Below are positions 47,412 to 51,607 of a stretch of DNA of 51,607 bases, one piece after another. Origin of the DNA: an uncultured Gammaproteobacteria bacterium (GTDB lineage: Bacteria > Pseudomonadota > Gammaproteobacteria > GCA-002705445 > GCA-002716945); assembly GCA_913041905.1 (NCBI GenBank), contig CAJWJQ010000001.1, positions 1 to 51,607 on the forward strand, given 5' to 3'. The position numbers and the translations under genes were made by a program. Under the pieces are notes generated by a model. That model was given only the letters and a program-made list of their open reading frames with translations. It searched no databases and had not been told where the DNA came from. The stretch's first letter is position 1. Each line of letters starts with the position of its first letter.

Positions 47412-48959
47412 TTAGTCAATTATTTTTTTTATAGAATCTTTGTCAATATTAGCATCAAATATTTTCTGTATTTTATTAATATCTGGATTATCTTTTACTT
47501 TATCATAACGATTGCTAGCCTCTGACTCGCTAAGTTTTTTTTCAATGATTGTTGGTGTATCTAGATTATTATCATACTCTATAGCAATATCTGAGGTAAT
47601 AGAATAATGTTTTTGAATTATCTTAACTAGATCATCAATACATGTCTGTGGATAAATATCTTTTTTTTGCTGATTAATTTTAAGTGTATAATTATTATTA
47701 TTAACATCAAATACAGAATGATTTGCTAAATGCAAAGCTAACCCATCTAAAGGTAATTCATTAACAGTTTTATGCCAATTATTTTTTATATTAGCAACAT
47801 CATCATTAGCATCATTATTTGATTTTAAATTATTTGTCTTCTCTGTCGTAATTTTATCATTTTCAATAGAATTATTATCATTTTCTGAAAAAATAATCAT
47901 TCTTAATAAAATCATAATTAAATAATCTTTTTTATCTGCAGCATATCTAAAATCTTTTTTTGATGAAATTGCTATTTGATAAAACAGTTGTAAATCTTCT
48001 TTTGTAAATTTTTGATGTATGGATGTAAGAAAATCATAATTTAAATGTTCTTTATCTAATAAATTTTTATTTATATTTAATAAAGTTAATTTGAAGAAAG
48101 CGCTAGTTATTTGATCTAATATTATATCTAATTTTATATTATCATCGATAGATTCAATAAAAGTTACTAATGATTCAGCATCTTTATCTGCAATTGCAGT
48201 TATTACTTTATTAATTGTGTCATACCCTATATTACCTAACAACAAATTAATTTTGTCTTCGATTATATTTCCATTACAAAAGGATATACATTGTTCTGTT
48301 ATGCTCAAGCTATCCCTAATACTTCCATTTGCATTTCTTGCTATCGTCTCAAGCGCAGAAATATCATATTTTATATTTTCTTGATTTAGAATATTTTCAA
48401 GATGACTAATAATGGTTGTTTCAGAAGCTGATATTAATTTAAAATGCAAACATCTTGAAAGTATTGTATCAGGTAATTTTTCAGGCTCTGTTGTAGCTAA
48501 AAGGAATTTAACATGTGCAGGCGGTTCTTCAATCGTTTTTAATAAAGCATTAAAGCTCTTTGTAGATAACATATGTACTTCATCAATTAAATATATCTTA
48601 AATCTAGATGAGGATGGAGCATATTGTACGTTATCCATTAAATTTCTTGTATCTTCAACTTTGGTTCTTGAAGCTGCATCAATTTCAATTAAATCTAAAT
48701 GATTTGTATTATCTATTTCATTGCATGAGCTACATGTTCCACACGGTTGCTCGCTTATACCTGACTCACATAACAATGATTTGGCAAATAATCTTGCAAT
48801 AGTGGTTTTGCCCATACCTCTGGTGCCAGAAAATAAATAAGCGTTATGTAATTTATTAAGTTTTATAGAATTTATGAGAGTTTCTATAATTAAGTCTTGG
48901 CCTGTAACCTCTTTAAAAAATTTTGGCCTATATTTTAAGGCGAGAACATCGTTATTCAT
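47412..48959 (-). CDS. dnaX: DNA polymerase III subunit tau (DnaX)
   Basis: MNNDVLALKYRPKFFKEVTGQ...AYLFSGTRGMGKTTIAR aligns from residue 1 with E. coli DnaX. The ORF-track start at 48986 is an upstream TTG adding 9 residues and is probably not used. Confidence 0.93.
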   Translation of the reverse strand: MNNDVLALKYRPKFFKEVTGQDLIIETLINSIKLNKLHNAYLFSGTRGMGKTTIARLFAKSLLCESGISEQPCGTCSSCNEIDNTNHLDLIEIDAASRTKVEDTRNLMDNVQYAPSSSRFKIYLIDEVHMLSTKSFNALLKTIEEPPAHVKFLLATTEPEKLPDTILSRCLHFKLISASETTIISHLENILNQENIKYDISALETIARNANGSIRDSLSITEQCISFCNGNIIEDKINLLLGNIGYDTINKVITAIADKDAESLVTFIESIDDNIKLDIILDQITSAFFKLTLLNINKNLLDKEHLNYDFLTSIHQKFTKEDLQLFYQIAISSKKDFRYAADKKDYLIMILLRMIIFSENDNNSIENDKITTEKTNNLKSNNDANDDVANIKNNWHKTVNELPLDGLALHLANHSVFDVNNNNYTLKINQQKKDIYPQTCIDDLVKIIQKHYSITSDIAIEYDNNLDTPTIIEKKLSESEASNRYDKVKDNPDINKIQKIFDANIDKDSIKKIID

Positions 48960-49003
48960 AAAATATTGTATCTCAAAGCTTATCAATTAACCATATTGTA
49001 TTA

Positions 49004-49675
49004 CTACACCATATGTCCTGTTTTAACAAAAATTAGCGCTCCTTCATTTTTTGTAAATGGTTTATGAGAACTCATATGAGGACTTCTAATCCAAGTTCCT
49101 TTAGGGTACATGCCATGCTCATCATAAAAAACTCCTTCAATAACAAGTATTTCCTCTCCTCCCCAGTGCTGATGTTGGGTAAATTGAGTATTTGGCTCCC
49201 ATTTAACCATAGCAACATGCTCCGATTTATATTCATGCAGAGACATAACCGATAGCCCTGGAACTAAACCAGGCAACCATGGAAAATTAGACGTATCTTT
49301 TACTACCCTAGAGACATCATTTTTCTGAAACTGTCTAAGCTTTACAAATATCATGCAACCACTTTTACTATACGGCTTATGCTTTGAGTTATGCGGATTT
49401 CTTACATATGTACCTTTAGAATAATCTCCATATTGATCTGAAAATATTCCATCTAGAACAAAAAATTCTTCGCCATTTTCATGCGCATGAGAATCAAAAG
49501 AGCTATTAGAATCAAATTTAACAATAGATGATGCTGTAGCATACTCTCCCATATTATTTCTTTCTAGATATATTCTTTTGACACCTTTGGATGGTGAATC
49601 ATGCCATAGTTCAGTATTTGTATTTAAAACTATTCGTTTAGAGTAGTCTTGGTTAATGGTTTCATTATCATTCAT
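49004..49675 (-). CDS. Two-domain cupin protein (ChrR-like cupin fold, tandem repeat)
   Basis: 223 aa with an internal repeat: ...HAHENGEEFFVLDGIFSDQYGDYSKGTYVRNPHNSKHKPYSKSGCMIFVK versus ...HQHWGGEEILVIEGVFYDEHGMYPKGTWIRSPHMSSHKPFTKNEGALIFVK. The pattern resembles the C-terminal cupin of anti-sigma ChrR, but there is no N-terminal HxxxCxxC domain. Confidence 0.6.
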   Translation of the reverse strand: MNDNETINQDYSKRIVLNTNTELWHDSPSKGVKRIYLERNNMGEYATASSIVKFDSNSSFDSHAHENGEEFFVLDGIFSDQYGDYSKGTYVRNPHNSKHKPYSKSGCMIFVKLRQFQKNDVSRVVKDTSNFPWLPGLVPGLSVMSLHEYKSEHVAMVKWEPNTQFTQHQHWGGEEILVIEGVFYDEHGMYPKGTWIRSPHMSSHKPFTKNEGALIFVKTGHMV

Positions 49676-49680
49676 ATTTT

Positions 49681-50118
49681 TTACTTATAATTATCTCTAT
49701 AATTTAAGAAAACTTCTGTAACAAGATATGGGTTTTTATAATTTTCTAAAAAACCTATTTTTAAATCTTTAGCTAGAGGCATAAATGTTTCCGATACATT
49801 ATCGTTAACTACTATGCCTTTGTTGGTAATAATAATACAGAATCCTTCATATATTAGCGTTCCTTTAATAGTAAGTATAAAATTTCTTGTACTTGCATAT
49901 AATATATCTACATTGAAATCTAAAACTTTTGTCACTGAGCTCATGGTTCCGTCTTTTTCTGATAAATTCGAAAGATGTAATGATTTAAATTCTTTTTGTA
50001 AATCCCATTTTTTTAAATTTGTAGTTGATAATATACTAACTAGTGTTTTGGTAAATGGTACTAAAAACTCAATAGACTCTTGGACATAATTTTTATCTTT
50101 TTGTTTTAATTCTTCCAT
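49681..50118 (-). CDS. Hypothetical protein, 145 aa
   Basis: Intact ATG-initiated ORF packed 3-5 nt from both neighbours. No signal peptide and no motif I recognise. Confidence 0.55.
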   Translation of the reverse strand: MEELKQKDKNYVQESIEFLVPFTKTLVSILSTTNLKKWDLQKEFKSLHLSNLSEKDGTMSSVTKVLDFNVDILYASTRNFILTIKGTLIYEGFCIIITNKGIVVNDNVSETFMPLAKDLKIGFLENYKNPYLVTEVFLNYRDNYK

Positions 50119-50121
50119 ATA

Positions 50122-50553
50122 CTAATCTGTAACATAAATTATTATTTTTTTAGAATAAATAGGATTTTTATGTGGTATATGTGAATAATCTCCTAACAAT
50201 AATTGTAAAGTATGCTTTCCTTTCTTTAGGTTTATTATTGCTTCTGTTTGCCCTTTTCCGAAATGCAAATGTTTTTCGTCAGATGGAATCGGTTGTTTTA
50301 AATTTGGCAAGTTATCGAGATCTATCAGAAGATGATGGTGTCCAGAAAATTCTTTGTCTATTCCTGCAGGCGACAAACTCATTCCTTGTATGCCAAATAT
50401 AATTTTTATTGGATTAGTAACATTTTTATTATTCTGAGGCTCTATTATATAAACTTTAGCATCATTAGATGATAAGGATTGAGTAAAAATATTTTTATTA
50501 GGAAAAAAGATTAATAAAAAAGATAAAATAAATAAAAATTTGTTATTGCTCAT
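50122..50553 (-). CDS. Secreted DUF4399-like protein
   Basis: 143 aa. Signal peptide (FLFILSFLLIFFP). The GHHHLLIDLD motif is, as I recall, characteristic of DUF4399. Function unknown. Confidence 0.6.
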   Translation of the reverse strand: MSNNKFLFILSFLLIFFPNKNIFTQSLSSNDAKVYIIEPQNNKNVTNPIKIIFGIQGMSLSPAGIDKEFSGHHHLLIDLDNLPNLKQPIPSDEKHLHFGKGQTEAIINLKKGKHTLQLLLGDYSHIPHKNPIYSKKIIIYVTD

Positions 50554-50615
50554 GTTAAATATTATAGCATGTAGAAATCAGTGAATTATAAATTTAATTA
50601 ATATTTTTAAAAATG

Positions 50616-51110
50616 CTAATGGTTATGGTGGTGGTCAACTTTCATATTTTCATTATTATTTCTTGGATCTACAACTATGAATTTAAGCATATATCTTCGC
50701 TCATCATCATCTTGTCCTATCATCAGAATCTCTTCACCCTCCTTTATATCTCGTCTCGGCCCTTGCAGCATCAAATGCATATTTCCTGGCTTTAATTCAA
50801 TTGTGGATTTTGCTGGAACAACCAATGTATCTGTATGTTTCATTTTAACCACACCATTATCATATTCAATATTATGTATTTGTACAGAATCGTATACAGG
50901 GGATGAAAACTGATGAAATATTATTTTTTTATTAGATAGATTCTTAAGTTTTAGATACCCAGCATTCATCATTCCTGATGGTGCAAGTGGTATATGTGCT
51001 CCAATAATTTCTAACTCTCCATGCGTATCTCTTCTATCATCTATTCCAGACATAAAAGCAAATGCTGTTTGAGTTATAAATAATAATATAACAAGTAACT
51101 TAATCTTCAT
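50616..51110 (-). CDS. Periplasmic copper chaperone PCu(A)C (DUF461), with an acidic and His-rich C-terminal extension
   Basis: Signal peptide. H79-x10-M90-x20-H111-x-M113 fits the PCuAC Cu(I) motif H(M)x10Mx21HxM, off by one residue. The KPGNMHLML box is present. The tail ends VDHHHNH. Confidence 0.8.
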   Translation of the reverse strand: MKIKLLVILLFITQTAFAFMSGIDDRRDTHGELEIIGAHIPLAPSGMMNAGYLKLKNLSNKKIIFHQFSSPVYDSVQIHNIEYDNGVVKMKHTDTLVVPAKSTIELKPGNMHLMLQGPRRDIKEGEEILMIGQDDDERRYMLKFIVVDPRNNNENMKVDHHHNH

Positions 51111-51178
51111 TATAAATTATCCTAGCATAGCAAAATTATTTATGCTACCAAGCTACCGTATTATTATATTAGAAATCT

Positions 51179-51505
51179 TTATTTGTTTGATTCAGAAATT
51201 CCTTCTAAAATATCAAAACCTTCAAATTGAGGATGTCCTAAATAAATAGTCTTATGGCTTCCAGCCCCTTTGTGTGCTTTTTTAAATTGCTCAGACTTTG
51301 TCCATGCGACAAAATCACTTTTACTATTCCAAAGTGAATGAGAAGAATAAAGTGTAAAATCTTCTAATTTTTCACCACGCAATAGATGAAACTCTATAAA
51401 CCCTGATACAGTAGACAAGTATGTTTCTCTGTTACGCCAAATATCCTCAAACTCCTTTTCTCTTCCTGAAATAATTTTGAATCGATTCATTGCAATAAAT
51501 TTCAT
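51179..51505 (-). CDS. ABM-domain (antibiotic biosynthesis monooxygenase fold) protein, possibly an IsdG/HmoA-type heme-degrading enzyme
   Basis: 108 aa. Ferredoxin-like ABM pattern (MNRFKI..., HSLWNSKSDFVAWTKSEQFKKAH). Asn7, Trp68 and His78 are spaced like the IsdG catalytic triad. Confidence 0.65.
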   Translation of the reverse strand: MKFIAMNRFKIISGREKEFEDIWRNRETYLSTVSGFIEFHLLRGEKLEDFTLYSSHSLWNSKSDFVAWTKSEQFKKAHKGAGSHKTIYLGHPQFEGFDILEGISESNK

Positions 51506-51520
51506 ATATACATACTAGCA

Positions 51521-51606
51521 CGGAGAGAGTGGGATTCGAACCCACGAAACAGAAACTGCTTACATGCTTTCCAAGCATGCTCCTTCGACCACTCGGACAC
51601 CTCTCC
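51521..51606 (-). tRNA. tRNA-Ser (GGA), type II
   Basis: GGAGAGG/TG/TCC..GGA/G/CATGC-TTGGAAA-GCATG/17-nt variable arm/GTGGG-TTCGAAT-CCCAC/TCTCTCC/G. 86 nt. The 5' end is 1 nt from the window edge. Confidence 0.9.
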
Positions 51607-51607
51607 T

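Noticed and set aside
48960-48986. Upstream TTG start for dnaX (MISFEIQYF...)
   Set aside because: Alignment with the E. coli DnaX N-terminus begins exactly at the ATG at 48959, so the 9-codon extension is unsupported.
48960-49003. Possible SRP RNA (ffs) or other ncRNA upstream of dnaX, as seen in some bacteria
   Set aside because: Only about 44 nt separate dnaX from the bicupin gene. That is too short, and no conserved SRP domain IV-like hairpin is visible.
51111-51178. Inverted repeat TAGCATA-N11-TATGCTA downstream of the ABM gene, considered as an intrinsic terminator
   Set aside because: The stem is a 7-bp AT-rich one with a large loop and no following U-tract on the coding strand. It is indistinguishable from chance in this composition.

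Overview
This is a visibly AT-rich, very gene-dense 51.6 kb window; I did not compute GC. I call 54 protein genes and 7 tRNAs. Most intergenic spacers are 0-80 bp, and many genes overlap by 1-26 nt. The content is almost entirely core housekeeping, arranged in classic gammaproteobacterial synteny blocks. Block 1: rpsB-tsf-frr-uppS-cdsA-dxr-rseP-bamA-skp-lpxD-fabZ-lpxA, with lpxB and rnhB nearby. Block 2: map-dapE, then a yejABEF-type peptide ABC transporter, then fabI. Block 3: tig-clpP-clpX-lon-hupB-(tRNA-Val, tRNA-Asp)-ppiD. Block 4: a Pro-Arg-His-Leu tRNA operon, then cysS / cyclophilin-lpxH. Block 5: nadB / rpoE-(anti-sigma)-degP-lepA-lepB-rnc-era-recO. Block 6: orn, an M48 protease, pterin dehydratase, and dnaX-ybaB-recR. 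Gene order points to a streamlined gammaproteobacterium; I cannot name the lineage from sequence alone. I found no rRNA, CRISPR array, transposase, integrase, prophage, toxin-antitoxin pair or recognisable defence system. I do not think the window holds a clear novel multi-gene system. The items most worth a second look are these: (1) a GnnA/GnnB-like pair coupled to lpxB, which predicts GlcN3N lipid A; (2) a two-gene orphan cassette (Cys-rich lipoprotein plus a 142-aa protein) between the tRNA operon and tig; (3) a drastically shortened RseA-position protein with no rseB/rseC; (4) a co-directional block at the 3' end encoding a ChrR-like bicupin, an orphan, DUF4399, a PCu(A)C copper chaperone with a His tail, and an IsdG-like ABM protein. 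All coordinates and motifs were read by eye. All family assignments come from motif and synteny recognition, not database searches.
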